Shown one piece after another: positions 36,944 through 46,806 of a stretch of 64,000 nt of DNA (positions within the stretch are counted from its first letter, which is position 1; each line of letters starts with the position of its first letter). The notes beneath the pieces were generated by a model. That model was not told where the DNA came from and made no database searches. It saw only the letters and a program-made list of their open reading frames with translations. Source of the DNA: Myxococcales bacterium (lineage in GTDB: Bacteria; Myxococcota_A; Polyangia; Polyangiales; DASUME01). The stretch spans positions 8,032,001 to 8,096,000 of the forward strand of contig JASGJH010000001.1 in NCBI GenBank assembly GCA_047601445.1, written 5' to 3'. A program made the position numbers and the translations under genes.

Positions 36944-38182
36944 TCAAAGTGTTCGCCGCGGTGGCACCAGGCTACCCGCGAGCATCAATCCGGTGGCGAG
37001 GGCTACCGCGACCAGCAGCGCGGAAAAGCCGATGCGTACCCCTTCCAGGGGCTGTGCGGCCACGAGCGCGCTCGCGCTGCGATAGCCGAGGGCACCGGGC
37101 ACCAGCACGAGCACGCCGGGCACGCTGGTGAGCAGAGCAGGGCGCTCCAGGTGTCGCGCGAGCGCGTTACCGGTGGCGCCCACCACGAACGCTCCTACGA
37201 ACGAACCGATCTCGACCCCGAACAAGGGACTCACCGTACGTCCACTGAGGAAGCCGATCAGTCCGGCGAGGAAGAACCAGCCGAGGTCGCGCAGCTCGGT
37301 GCGCAGCCGCATGGCGAGCCCGAGCACGGCCGGACCGAGCATGCAGAGCTGGGCAGGCAGCGACCAGGCGATGCGCTCCGTGGGCGCCACGGTCGCTGGC
37401 AAGACGCGCTGAAGCTGCGTGCCAACCGCGACGCCGAAGATCAACTGCGCGAACACCAGGCTCGCTCCGATGAGTCGTGCGCTGCCGGTCACAACGTCCT
37501 TCGACGCTAGCTCCTCCGCAGCCGTGACGAGCGAAAGGCCCGGCAAGAGTGGGATCAGTGCTCCGACGATGGCGGCTTCTCGGGCGAGCGGCGGCCAGGT
37601 GGCTGCGAGCCATGTAACGGTCGCTCCAGCGATCACGCCGGCCAGCGCGGTGAACTCGCGCGTGAACTTTCGGTGCCGTTCGGCCAGCAGTTCGCCGGCA
37701 TCCAGTAGTGCTCCGGCCAGCGCGGCGGCGACCGCTTCACGAAGGCCACCTCCGAGCAGGCCACACCATCCGGCTGCGCCGAGTGCGGCCATGAGCATGC
37801 GCAGCGCGGACGAGACCGGCGTTGTGCGCATGCCAAACAGCCCCACATCGCGTCTACGTGCCGCCAGCTGCGCGAGCTCGAGGCGCGCCGCTGCGGGTGC
37901 GAGCGAACCATCGAGGAGCCGGTGCACGATGCGGTCCAGCACGGTGAGTGCGCCGAGGTCCACATCCGTAGGAGTCACGCGCGTGAGGGACGTGCGAGAG
38001 TGTTCCTCTGCCTCGAACGTGACGATAAGGGCTGTCACGGTGGCGAAGACCTCGACCTCGATGCCCAGACGCTGTGCCACTTCCTCCAGCGCGAGCTCGA
38101 CGTGACGGCACGGCACGCCGTGGCGCTGCAGCATGCGCCCGAGTTCGAGGATGAGGGCTCTGTGCGATTCGGTGTCCGACAC
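36944..38182 (-). CDS. ThrE-family threonine/serine/succinate exporter
   Basis: Soluble N-domain followed by multiple TM helices; LLPGLSL and LVPGALG repeats. Confidence 0.85.
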   Translation of the reverse strand: MSDTESHRALILELGRMLQRHGVPCRHVELALEEVAQRLGIEVEVFATVTALIVTFEAEEHSRTSLTRVTPTDVDLGALTVLDRIVHRLLDGSLAPAAARLELAQLAARRRDVGLFGMRTTPVSSALRMLMAALGAAGWCGLLGGGLREAVAAALAGALLDAGELLAERHRKFTREFTALAGVIAGATVTWLAATWPPLAREAAIVGALIPLLPGLSLVTAAEELASKDVVTGSARLIGASLVFAQLIFGVAVGTQLQRVLPATVAPTERIAWSLPAQLCMLGPAVLGLAMRLRTELRDLGWFFLAGLIGFLSGRTVSPLFGVEIGSFVGAFVVGATGNALARHLERPALLTSVPGVLVLVPGALGYRSASALVAAQPLEGVRIGFSALLVAVALATGLMLAGSLVPPRRTL

Positions 38183-38407
38183 GGAGCTTTCCGTTCAGGG
38201 TTTGTCCGACGCAGTCGATCTTTCGACATACAGCGTGGCACATGTTTGCCGCGCCATTGAGTCACACGCGCACTCTCGGCGCGCCGCACGCGTTTGCACC
38301 TCATCTCGTGCTTACGTGTCGGCGCGCGACAGACCACGAAGCTCGAGTAGAGTGATGAAACGAGGCGGCCGACGGTCGACTCTACGCGGCGAACGTCCGG
38401 GGGTTGT

Positions 38408-40213
38408 ATGTGCGGAATCTGCGGCGAAATCAGGTTCGATCTCGCAGGTAAGACGGCGTCCGTGGACGTCGCGGCAGTGGACAGGATGACGGCTGCAATG
38501 AGCACGCGGGGGCCCGACGCAAGTGGTGTCGTGGCGCGTAGTCGCATTGCGTTCGGTCACCGTCGCTTGCGCATCATCGACCTCTCCGAGCACGCGGAGC
38601 AGCCCATGGTCGATGCGGACCTCGGGCTCTCCATCGTCTTCAATGGCGCCATTTACAACTACAAGGAGCTGCGCGCCGAGCTCGAGGGGCGCGGTCGCCG
38701 CTTCTTCTCGCATGGAGATACCGAGGTCATTCTCAAGGCCTACGCGGAGTGGGGCGAACGTTGCGTGGAGCGCTTGAGCGGCATGTTCGCCTTCGCAATC
38801 TGGGAGCGCGATAGCGGTCGCGTGTTTCTCGCCCGTGACCGCCTGGGCATCAAGCCGCTCTATTTGGCGCCCCTGGCCGACGGGATTCGCTTCGCGTCCA
38901 GCGTGCCGGCGTTGCTTGCGTCGGGCGGGATCGACACGGAAATCGACCCGGTGGGCTTGCACCACTACATGACCCTGCATGCCATCGTGCCCGCGCCACG
39001 CACCTTGCTGCGGGGCGTGCAGAAGCTGGAGCCCGGCACCACGCTGACCATCGAGAGTGATGGCAGGCAGCGTCGTCGGCGCTACTGGGGGCTCACCTTC
39101 ATGACGCCCGAGGCCGATCGCGAGACCTCGCTGGCTGGGTTTCAGGATCGTGTGCTGGCCACGCTGCGCCGCAGCGTCCGGCGGCGCACCGTGGCGGACG
39201 TGCCAGTCGGTGTGTTGCTTTCAGGCGGGTTCGACTCGAGCCTGATCGTGGCGCTGTTGACCGAGCTCGCCACGGGCCCCGTCGAGACGTTCTCCATCGG
39301 CTTCGAGTCCGTGGGTTCCGAGACCGGCGACGAGTTCCATTACTCCGACCTCATCGCGCGTCACTTCGGTACGCGCCACCATCGCATCTTCGTCGACTCG
39401 GCCACGGTGATCGACCACATCCCGGGCTGCGTCGCGGCCATGAGCGAGCCCATGGTGAGCCACGACGTGATCGGCTTTTACCTGCTGAGTCGGGAGGTTT
39501 CCAAGCACGTCAAGGTGGTGCAGAGCGGACAGGGCGCGGACGAGATCTTCGCGGGATACCGCTGGTACCCGCCGCTGTTGGCGGCGGATGGCGAAGACAG
39601 CGTGGAGGCCTATCGGCGTCTCTTTTTCGACCGCGATCACGCGGCCTACCGCGAGGCCGTGCACCCGCGCTTCGCGGGCGACGACCATACGCTGCGCTTC
39701 GTGGCGGAGCACTTTGCCAGGCCGGGGGCGGCGCGCACCATTGATCGTGCGCTGCGCATCGACTCCACCGTGATGCTGGTCGAGGACCCCGTGAAGCGAG
39801 TGGACAACATGACCATGGCCTGGGGCCTCGAGGGGCGTGTTCCGTTCCTCGACCACGAGGTCGTGGAGTGCGCCGCCGCCATCCCGGCGGAGTTCAAGAC
39901 GCCGCACGGGGGGAAACACGTGGTCAAGCAGGCCACGCGACATCTCTTGCCCGCCGAAGTGGTGGATCGTCCCAAGGGCTCGTTTCCGGTGCCCACACTC
40001 GTCTATCTTCGCGGGCCGCAGCTCGAGCTGGCGCGCGAGGCCGTGACCTGCCGCGCTGCCCGTGAGCGCGGCCTGTTCCAGGAGGCCTACGTCCAGAAAC
40101 TGTTGAGGGACCCAGAGAAGTACATCACGCCGCTAAAGGGGTCGGAGCTGTGGCAAATCGCCGTGCTCGAGATGTGGCTTCAGACCCACGTGGATGGAGC
40201 GTTCAAGTCATGA
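38408..40213 (+). CDS. Asparagine synthase-family amidotransferase (N-acetylglutaminylglutamine amidotransferase, AsnO-like)
   Basis: MCGICG, RGPD, HRRL, LSGGFDSS, SGQGADE, VKRVDNMTMAWGLE. Confidence 0.88.
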   Translation: MCGICGEIRFDLAGKTASVDVAAVDRMTAAMSTRGPDASGVVARSRIAFGHRRLRIIDLSEHAEQPMVDADLGLSIVFNGAIYNYKELRAELEGRGRRFFSHGDTEVILKAYAEWGERCVERLSGMFAFAIWERDSGRVFLARDRLGIKPLYLAPLADGIRFASSVPALLASGGIDTEIDPVGLHHYMTLHAIVPAPRTLLRGVQKLEPGTTLTIESDGRQRRRRYWGLTFMTPEADRETSLAGFQDRVLATLRRSVRRRTVADVPVGVLLSGGFDSSLIVALLTELATGPVETFSIGFESVGSETGDEFHYSDLIARHFGTRHHRIFVDSATVIDHIPGCVAAMSEPMVSHDVIGFYLLSREVSKHVKVVQSGQGADEIFAGYRWYPPLLAADGEDSVEAYRRLFFDRDHAAYREAVHPRFAGDDHTLRFVAEHFARPGAARTIDRALRIDSTVMLVEDPVKRVDNMTMAWGLEGRVPFLDHEVVECAAAIPAEFKTPHGGKHVVKQATRHLLPAEVVDRPKGSFPVPTLVYLRGPQLELAREAVTCRAARERGLFQEAYVQKLLRDPEKYITPLKGSELWQIAVLEMWLQTHVDGAFKS

Positions 40214-41235
40214 CACTGTTCAAACCCGGCGCCGCACGGACCAAATCCGGCGGCCTATGGCGGTTCTTCCCCGCGTCTCACCTGGCAGACGCGAGCCTCG
40301 ATCCTTCGTCACGGTTGATCCTCGCGGAGGCCATGCGACGCGGCATCGAGGTCGAGATCCTGGACGAGCGCGCGGAGTTCTTCCGCTTGACCCAGGGTGG
40401 GCGGTCGGTGATGTGCCGGGAGTCGCTGAGCGAGCTGACTTCGGCCATCGCGCTGACCCGCTGCGACGACAAGCGCCTCACGGCGCGCTTTCTGGGCGCG
40501 GCTGGCATCCGCATGCCTCCGCAGATCGAAGCCGACATCCCCGAACGCAACGAGTCCTTCTTGGAGGAGCATCGCTCGATCGTGGTGAAGCCCGCGCGCG
40601 GAGAGCAAGGGCGCGGCGTGAGCATCGGGATTCGCAGCCTGGAAGCCATGCACCAGGCCATCGAACACGCTCGCGAGGTGGGCGGGCCGGTGGTGCTGGA
40701 GCAGGTGGTCACGGGAGAAGACGTGCGGATGGTCGTGATCGACTTCCGCGTGGTGGCGGTGGCGGTGCGCAGGCCGCCACGCGTCGTGGGCACGGGACGG
40801 CACACCATGGCCGAACTGATCGCAGAGGAGAGCAAGCGTCGCTCCGCCGCCACACACGGCGCGAGCCGGATTCCCTTCGACGCCGAGACGCGCCGCTGCG
40901 TTCGCGAGTCCGGCTACGAGCTCGAGGACGTGCCACCCGCGGGCCGCGAGGTCGTCGTGCGCAAAGGGGCGAACGTTCACACGGGAGGCGGCATCTACGA
41001 CGTGACCTCGGAGATCGCGCCGGCGTTGATCGAGGTGGCAGAGAAGGCTGCCCGGGTGCTCGATATTCCCGTTGTTGGGATCGACATGATCGTGCCGTCG
41101 ATCCACGGTCATGAATACTGGATCATCGAGGCCAATGAGCGGCCGGGACTCGCGAACCACGAACCGCAGCCCACTGCGGCGCGCTTCGTGGACTTGCTGT
41201 TTCCACCGTCAGTCGGGCCGCTCGACGGAGGTTGA
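40210..41235 (+). CDS. ATP-grasp ligase matching the C-terminal half of Ngg (NAGGN synthetase), without the GNAT domain
   Basis: CRESLSELTSAIA..CDDK, VVKPARGEQG, IEANERPGLANHEPQPTA; only 341 aa. Confidence 0.8.
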   Translation: MTLFKPGAARTKSGGLWRFFPASHLADASLDPSSRLILAEAMRRGIEVEILDERAEFFRLTQGGRSVMCRESLSELTSAIALTRCDDKRLTARFLGAAGIRMPPQIEADIPERNESFLEEHRSIVVKPARGEQGRGVSIGIRSLEAMHQAIEHAREVGGPVVLEQVVTGEDVRMVVIDFRVVAVAVRRPPRVVGTGRHTMAELIAEESKRRSAATHGASRIPFDAETRRCVRESGYELEDVPPAGREVVVRKGANVHTGGGIYDVTSEIAPALIEVAEKAARVLDIPVVGIDMIVPSIHGHEYWIIEANERPGLANHEPQPTAARFVDLLFPPSVGPLDGG

Positions 41236-41300
41236 GGCGGCAAAGCCGCGGACGCATCGAGAGTACTGGTGAGCGAGGTACCCAACCGTGCGAGGTGTCT

Positions 41301-42887
41301 GTGGGCGCGGAAATCAAAAACGAACACTTCAGCGACGCCGAGCGAGCACTGTTCGCCCGGCGGCTGCGCTCGAGCTTGGGGGCGCTGGATACGATGCTGC
41401 GACGCCCGGGCTTCGGCCTCGGGGAGCGCAGCATCGGCGTCGAGCTCGAGATGTTCCTGGTGGACGAGCGCGGGCGCGCGAAGCCAGTGGGGCAGGAGGT
41501 CGCCCGTCTCGCGGACGACGCTTGCATCACGCCCGAGATCGGGCGCTTCGACATCGAGTACAGCACGCCTCCGCTGATGTTGGCCGGGCACCCGTTCTCG
41601 GAGCTGCGCGCGCGCATGCAGCACGCCGACGCCAAGGTGCGTGGGTGCGCCGCCAAGCTGGGGGCCCGCGCCGTCCCCGTCAGCATCTTGCCCACGCTGC
41701 AGCGCGACGATTTCGGCGCTCACACCATCACCGATATGCCGCGCTATCGGGCACTCGCGAGCAACATGTACCTCTCGCGGCGCGCTCCGTTCCAGATTTG
41801 TATCAGTGGGGACGACCCGCTGCGGATGAGCGCCGACGACGTGGCCATGGAGTCCGCCAACACCGGCTTCCAGATTCATCTGAAGGTATCGCCGTCCGAA
41901 TTCGCCAGCTTCTTCAACGCCGCTCAGATGCTGACTGGCCCGGTGCTGGCGGCCGCGGGCAACTCCCCCACGTTTCTTGGCCATCGGCTGTGGCACGAGA
42001 CGCGCATCGCGCTGTTCAAGCAGGCGGGCGATGACCGCCCGGCGGATGGCCACACGGGCTTTCGCTTGCCGGCTCGGGTCGGCTTCGGCACGGGCTGGGT
42101 GCGGGACGGGGCCGCGGAGGTCTTCGCGGAGAGCGTGGCCTTGCACGAGCTCCTGCTGGCCGAGTGCAGCAACGAAGATCCGGAGGCGGCGCTCCGTGCG
42201 GGGCGCGTCCCCAAGCTCTCGGAGCTGCGCTTGCACCACGGGACCGTCTGGCGCTGGAATCGTCCGGTCTACGATCCCACGGCCGGTGGTTCACTGCGCA
42301 TCGAGCTGCGGGCGCTGCCTTCGGGACCCACCATCGAGGACATGATCGCCAACGCAGCCGTGCTCATCGGCGCGATCATCGCGCTGGCGCCGCGCATGCG
42401 AACCTTGCTGCCCGCGTTCCCGTTTGCGCTCGCAGAGCGCAACTTCTATCGGGCCGCGCAGCACGGCCTGGACGCGGAGATGGCTTGGCCTCCGGACGCG
42501 CACTGCGCTCCCGCGGCCAGGTCCGCCCGGCAGCTTCTGCTCGAGACGGTGCTCCCGCTGGCGCGCGAAGGCCTGCGCAGCGCGGGCGTGGCCCAGGCAG
42601 AGGCCGATGCGGCGTTGGCTGTCTTCGAACAGCGCGTCCAGTCTCGCCAGACGGGCGCCGCTTGGCAGCGCGCCATCTTCGAGGCTCTGGTGGAGCGCAG
42701 CGTGCCCCGGGAGTGGGCTCTCGCCGGATTGCTCGAGCGCTACCTAGCCAATGTGGAGACCGGACGGCCCGTGGGGGTATGGCCCGCCGAGCTGGACGCC
42801 AACGTCTTGCCCCAGGAAGCCGCCTGGATGCGCGGTGCGCTCCTCGAGCCGGGCGGGCCCGAGGGGACGAGGGTGCAAGATGTGTGA
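41301..42887 (+). CDS. Glutamate-cysteine ligase family 2 (GCS2) carboxylate-amine ligase
   Basis: IGVELE, FQIHL, NSP, ETRIALF, HHGTVWRWNRPVY, RIELRALP. Confidence 0.85.
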   Translation: MGAEIKNEHFSDAERALFARRLRSSLGALDTMLRRPGFGLGERSIGVELEMFLVDERGRAKPVGQEVARLADDACITPEIGRFDIEYSTPPLMLAGHPFSELRARMQHADAKVRGCAAKLGARAVPVSILPTLQRDDFGAHTITDMPRYRALASNMYLSRRAPFQICISGDDPLRMSADDVAMESANTGFQIHLKVSPSEFASFFNAAQMLTGPVLAAAGNSPTFLGHRLWHETRIALFKQAGDDRPADGHTGFRLPARVGFGTGWVRDGAAEVFAESVALHELLLAECSNEDPEAALRAGRVPKLSELRLHHGTVWRWNRPVYDPTAGGSLRIELRALPSGPTIEDMIANAAVLIGAIIALAPRMRTLLPAFPFALAERNFYRAAQHGLDAEMAWPPDAHCAPAARSARQLLLETVLPLAREGLRSAGVAQAEADAALAVFEQRVQSRQTGAAWQRAIFEALVERSVPREWALAGLLERYLANVETGRPVGVWPAELDANVLPQEAAWMRGALLEPGGPEGTRVQDV

Positions 42888-43737
42888 GCTCCTCGGAATC
42901 GTCTCGAATCAACCGGTCGACGTGGACTTCTCGTTCGCGTACTTCGCGCTGCGCGGCGGCCAAACCGGTCCGCATGCGGACGGCTGGGGCCTCTCGCTCT
43001 ACGAGGGGCTGTTCGCACGCACGTTCCTCGAGCCCCATCCGGCCTACACCAGCAGGCTGGCCAAGTTCCTCCGCGAGAACCCCATCTACACGCCGCTGGC
43101 GGTGGCGCACGTGCGCAGAATGACGCGGGGGGACGCGGCCATCGAGAATACCCATCCGTTCCTCCGCGTGTGGCACAAGCGGCACATCGCGTTTGCGCAC
43201 AACGGTACCTTGCCGAACGTGTGGAAGATCCCGCTGCACAACGAGAGCACGATTGGAGGCACGGACAGCGAGCACGCCTTCTGCGTCCTGTTGGAGCGTT
43301 TGCGCGACGCCTACCCTGACGACTACCCGAGCGACCCCGTGGCGCTGGGTCGCAAGCTCTTCGAGATCGGAAACGAGCTCGGAGCGGATGGCGTGTTCAA
43401 TTTCCTGTTTGCCGACGGTGAGCACTTGTTCGCCCGTTGCGGTGACAACTTGGCGCTGGTCGAGCGACGGGCGCCCTTTGGGCACGCGACGCTGGTTGAC
43501 GCGGATGTGCGGGTCCACTTCGGTGACGTGATGGGACCGAGCAACCACGGGCGCATGGCGGTGGTCGCCACCGAGCCGCTGACCCGTGACGAGCCGTGGG
43601 AGAAGGCGGCTCCCGGCACGCTCTGGGTGTTGGGCAAAGGGGAGGTCCTGGCGACGTTCCGGCCCGCTGGCAAGGCGGCGGAGGTCGCAGCAGAGGTCGC
43701 GTTCGCGGCGCGCCATGGCGCGCACCGCGGACACTGA
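42880..43737 (+). CDS. Class II glutamine amidotransferase-like protein (YafJ-like), copy 2
   Basis: MCELLG, HADGWG, NTHPF, AHNGTL, TDSEHAF, ATEPLT. Confidence 0.9.
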   Translation: MCELLGIVSNQPVDVDFSFAYFALRGGQTGPHADGWGLSLYEGLFARTFLEPHPAYTSRLAKFLRENPIYTPLAVAHVRRMTRGDAAIENTHPFLRVWHKRHIAFAHNGTLPNVWKIPLHNESTIGGTDSEHAFCVLLERLRDAYPDDYPSDPVALGRKLFEIGNELGADGVFNFLFADGEHLFARCGDNLALVERRAPFGHATLVDADVRVHFGDVMGPSNHGRMAVVATEPLTRDEPWEKAAPGTLWVLGKGEVLATFRPAGKAAEVAAEVAFAARHGAHRGH

Positions 43738-43745
43738 CACCGACA

Positions 43746-44588
43746 CTAGGCGCGAGCGGGAGCGCGGGGTCTGAACGGGCGCACGTCCAAGTTGCCTGCC
43801 TGGACCACCAGGGCGCTCGCGACCGGGACCTCGCGCCACGCGCCATGGAGCTTGACGAGTGGCTCGGACACGATGGTGCGTGCGTCCCCTGCGAAGTGAC
43901 GCAACCGCTCGCGCTCGGGATACAGCGTGCGCACGGCATCGATGTTCTCGCTGACGAACAGCGTGTTGGCCTGTTTGGTTCCGCTCGCGTAGCGAATGCC
44001 GTAGAGGTGCTCGCCGTCGCTCACGCCCAGCGTCATCTGCAGCGGATTGGGGATGCGGTGTCGTGCGGCCACCTCCTCGACGAAGCCGGCCATCTGCTCG
44101 AGGGCGCCGAGCGGGTCGTCTTCCAGACCGAAGGTCAGCGCGAGGTGGAACAGCAGCTCGGAGTCGGTGGAACCACGGATGTTGTTGAACAACTCGGGAT
44201 TCACCGCGAGCAGGAGCTCACGGTGGATGGTGTTGAAGTCGGCCACGTAGCCATTGTGGACGAAGAGCCAGCGTCCGTAGCGAAACGGGTGGCAGTTGGT
44301 CTCCTGGACCGGCGAGCCGGTGGCCGCCCGAATGTGCGCGAGGAACAGCCTGGACTCGACTTGCGCGGCGATCTCTCGCAGATTGTTGTCGCCCCACGCG
44401 GGCGCGGCGTTGCGGTAGATGCCCGGCTCGGCACGCTGGCCGTACCAGCCGAGGCCGAGGCCGTCACCGTTGAGGCCGTTCTCGTAGAACTCCGAGGCCT
44501 GGCTCTGAGCGATCAGTGAGTGCTCGGGCTCGTACAAGAGTTCTTCCGGTCGGATCGGCTGTCCAAAGTAACCCACCCATCTGCACAT
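43746..44588 (-). CDS. Class II glutamine amidotransferase-like protein (EgtC/Dug3-like), copy 3
   Basis: MCRWVGY, NGDGLG, PAW.D.NL, HIRAAT, NCHPF, TDSE, SEPL; AAGGAGG SD. Confidence 0.9.
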   Translation of the reverse strand: MCRWVGYFGQPIRPEELLYEPEHSLIAQSQASEFYENGLNGDGLGLGWYGQRAEPGIYRNAAPAWGDNNLREIAAQVESRLFLAHIRAATGSPVQETNCHPFRYGRWLFVHNGYVADFNTIHRELLLAVNPELFNNIRGSTDSELLFHLALTFGLEDDPLGALEQMAGFVEEVAARHRIPNPLQMTLGVSDGEHLYGIRYASGTKQANTLFVSENIDAVRTLYPERERLRHFAGDARTIVSEPLVKLHGAWREVPVASALVVQAGNLDVRPFRPRAPARA

Positions 44589-44782
44589 GGATTCCTCCTT
44601 GTCGCTGCTTCGGTACAGTATGCCCCGCATGTCGACCCGCGCTGCGGATCGCTCGCAGTGCGTTTACGACGCATTCCCAAAGTCGAACCTGCAAGGAGTC
44701 GAACGGATCGTCGTGAGCACGAGGCACGTCGCTTGCTCACTCGTAGGTTTTCGACCGTTGGGTCGGATCAAGCGAGGCGTCC

Positions 44783-45460
44783 ATGCTCGGAAGAAGTGCG
44801 GTGTTCAAAGCATTCATGGTTTCGGTGTTTAGTTTGGGTGTGTGCGGTGCGTTGAGCTCCTCGGCGGAAGCCCAAGTTGAGCCTGTCAACGCTGAACCGG
44901 CACACACAAATGCCACGACGCATCTCGAGCTCGATGAGAAGAACCTGACCATCTCGCCCACACGCCTCTACGGCGGCTTGTGGCTCGGCTTCGCGGGGCA
45001 CTCCAAGTACGACGACACCAATTATCGTGCGTACGGCGCCTCCACGGTGGGTGGTCAGTTCGGTATCGACGTGGTGGGGTTCTACAACCTGATCTCGCTC
45101 GGCGCGGAGGTTCGCTTCGGCGCGGCGAAGTCGGCTTCTGGCGACCGTTCGAACCTGATCGACATTGCGCTCAAGCCCCGGCTCCGCCTGGTGCCCGAGG
45201 ACAACTTCCCGCTCGAGTTCTACATCACGAGCCCCTTCGGTATCACCATTCCGCGGCTGTCCGACGCGAACAGCGCCGACGCCAATATCGGCTGGAACTT
45301 CGGCGTCGGCGGCGGTCTGAACCTGTTCTTGCACGAGAAGTTCGGCATCAACGTGGAGCCGATGTGGCTGACCCACCGCTTCAAGGTGGACGGCCCCTCG
45401 AGCGGCAAGCTCACGATCCAGGAGTTCGCGCTCTTCATCAACGCGGTGCTCGCCATCTGA
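44783..45460 (+). CDS. Outer-membrane beta-barrel protein
   Basis: Signal peptide ending AEA; alternating amphipathic strands. Confidence 0.7.
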   Translation: MLGRSAVFKAFMVSVFSLGVCGALSSSAEAQVEPVNAEPAHTNATTHLELDEKNLTISPTRLYGGLWLGFAGHSKYDDTNYRAYGASTVGGQFGIDVVGFYNLISLGAEVRFGAAKSASGDRSNLIDIALKPRLRLVPEDNFPLEFYITSPFGITIPRLSDANSADANIGWNFGVGGGLNLFLHEKFGINVEPMWLTHRFKVDGPSSGKLTIQEFALFINAVLAI

Positions 45461-45777
45461 GCGACGACCCGGGCGCGTCCGGGGCTTTGCGCGCACCACA
45501 CTGGTGCGCCCAGTCACGCAGCGCGCTCGGCGCCTCGTGGGCTGCGTCCGCCCTCGTGACCTGCGCGCTCTCAGGGCGTGCGGACGGTCTCGCGGCGCGT
45601 GCGCTTGGCAGGTGTGTCACGGGGCAGAGCGTCCCGTGCGCGCGGACCCCCTGTGTCGAATGCGCCCGCTCGGGCGGTGTCCTCGAAGGAGCCTTGGCCT
45701 GCAGCCAGAGAGCGCACGGCAAGCGCGCTCGTGTCGTGGCTGCGATCAAGGCTCTACATGCGCGGGTCACAGCGCAT

Positions 45778-46548
45778 TCAGGGCGTTGCAGGCGTCGCAG
45801 CAGGCGCCGGCGTACCCCCGGCAAGTGGCTCCGCCGTGGTTGCGGTCTCGCCAGCAGCGGCCGTGGCCACGCCACCAACCGTGGGGAGCTTCTCGGCAAC
45901 CGCGGTCGACAGTCCACCCAGACCGCGTTCCACCAGGCCGATCCAGCGACCTTCGGTGAGCATCATCCGGCGCATCTGATCCTTGCCCTCCACGAGCAGC
46001 GGGCCGGAGCTACCCACCATGTCGCCCTCGATGCGCAGACGCGCCACGAAGTCCACGGCCACCACGAAGAAGCCGGGGCGCAGGTAGCTCCAGAATTGCT
46101 CGATGGTCACCTTCACCTTGGATGCACTGGCGGCAGCGGGATCCTGCGGGCCCACCACCTTGTAGCCGCGTTGCGAGAGGGCTTGTCCCACGACCTCGGT
46201 GACGAGCTGAGGCACGCTGCGTCCCTCGGGCATCACGAAGTCACCCTTGGCGCCACCAAAGGAGCCGCGCTTGCGGCCGTAGGCACGGCTGGTGATCTCG
46301 GACTTGGTGATCTCTTCGGCGTACTTGAGCGAAGGTACATCGGCCTTGTCTGGTTTGGCTTCGAAGGCGCGTGCGTCGACGGCTTCGATGACCACCGTGG
46401 GGCCTGCGCTGCTCTGGGCAGCTGCGCCGCTCGGAACGTGGAGGTCGTGCACGGAGCGGCTTCGCACGCAGGCGCCGAGGGTGAGGACGAGGATCACGGC
46501 GAGGTAGCGGCCGAATGGGCACGCCGTTGTCACGGAAGGCAGTCGCAT
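45778..46548 (-). CDS. Lipoprotein, YajG-like
   Basis: LGAC lipobox; VDAR.FE and YGRKRGSFG motifs. Confidence 0.65.
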   Translation of the reverse strand: MRLPSVTTACPFGRYLAVILVLTLGACVRSRSVHDLHVPSGAAAQSSAGPTVVIEAVDARAFEAKPDKADVPSLKYAEEITKSEITSRAYGRKRGSFGGAKGDFVMPEGRSVPQLVTEVVGQALSQRGYKVVGPQDPAAASASKVKVTIEQFWSYLRPGFFVVAVDFVARLRIEGDMVGSSGPLLVEGKDQMRRMMLTEGRWIGLVERGLGGLSTAVAEKLPTVGGVATAAAGETATTAEPLAGGTPAPAATPATP

Positions 46549-46806
46549 CAGGTCTCCTTTGCGGAAAAACTGCGCTGCGATTCTGCAGGACACTCAGTGG
46601 TTGGAGCAAGGACGGCCAACGGGTGATCCGTCAGGAGGATTGAGTTCCCTTCGTGGGACGTTCAGGCTGTTTTCGTGGGCCGTCCGAAAGGGGAGCCAAC
46701 GCGAGATTGGGCGCGAAAACCTGCATGGTGGAGTGACTGTGGCGGACGTCGATGCACCAAGACGGCGACTCCTCCTGAACGGGTGCGGGCGCGCTAGAAC
46801 AGAAAG

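Noticed and set aside
38236..38250. Sigma54 promoter TGGCACATGTTTGCC upstream of the amidotransferase
   Set aside because: GG-to-GC spacing is 9 rather than the required 10
40210..41235. Cyanophycin synthetase
   Set aside because: Too short, no Mur-ligase domain, and the motifs match the Ngg C-terminal half
41301..44588. Ergothioneine biosynthesis (EgtA/EgtC-like genes)
   Set aside because: No EgtB sulfoxide synthase or EgtD methyltransferase in the cluster
45461..45777. GC-rich hairpins between convergent genes as a possible ncRNA
   Set aside because: Short stems are expected at this GC content; no recognisable family or terminal repeats
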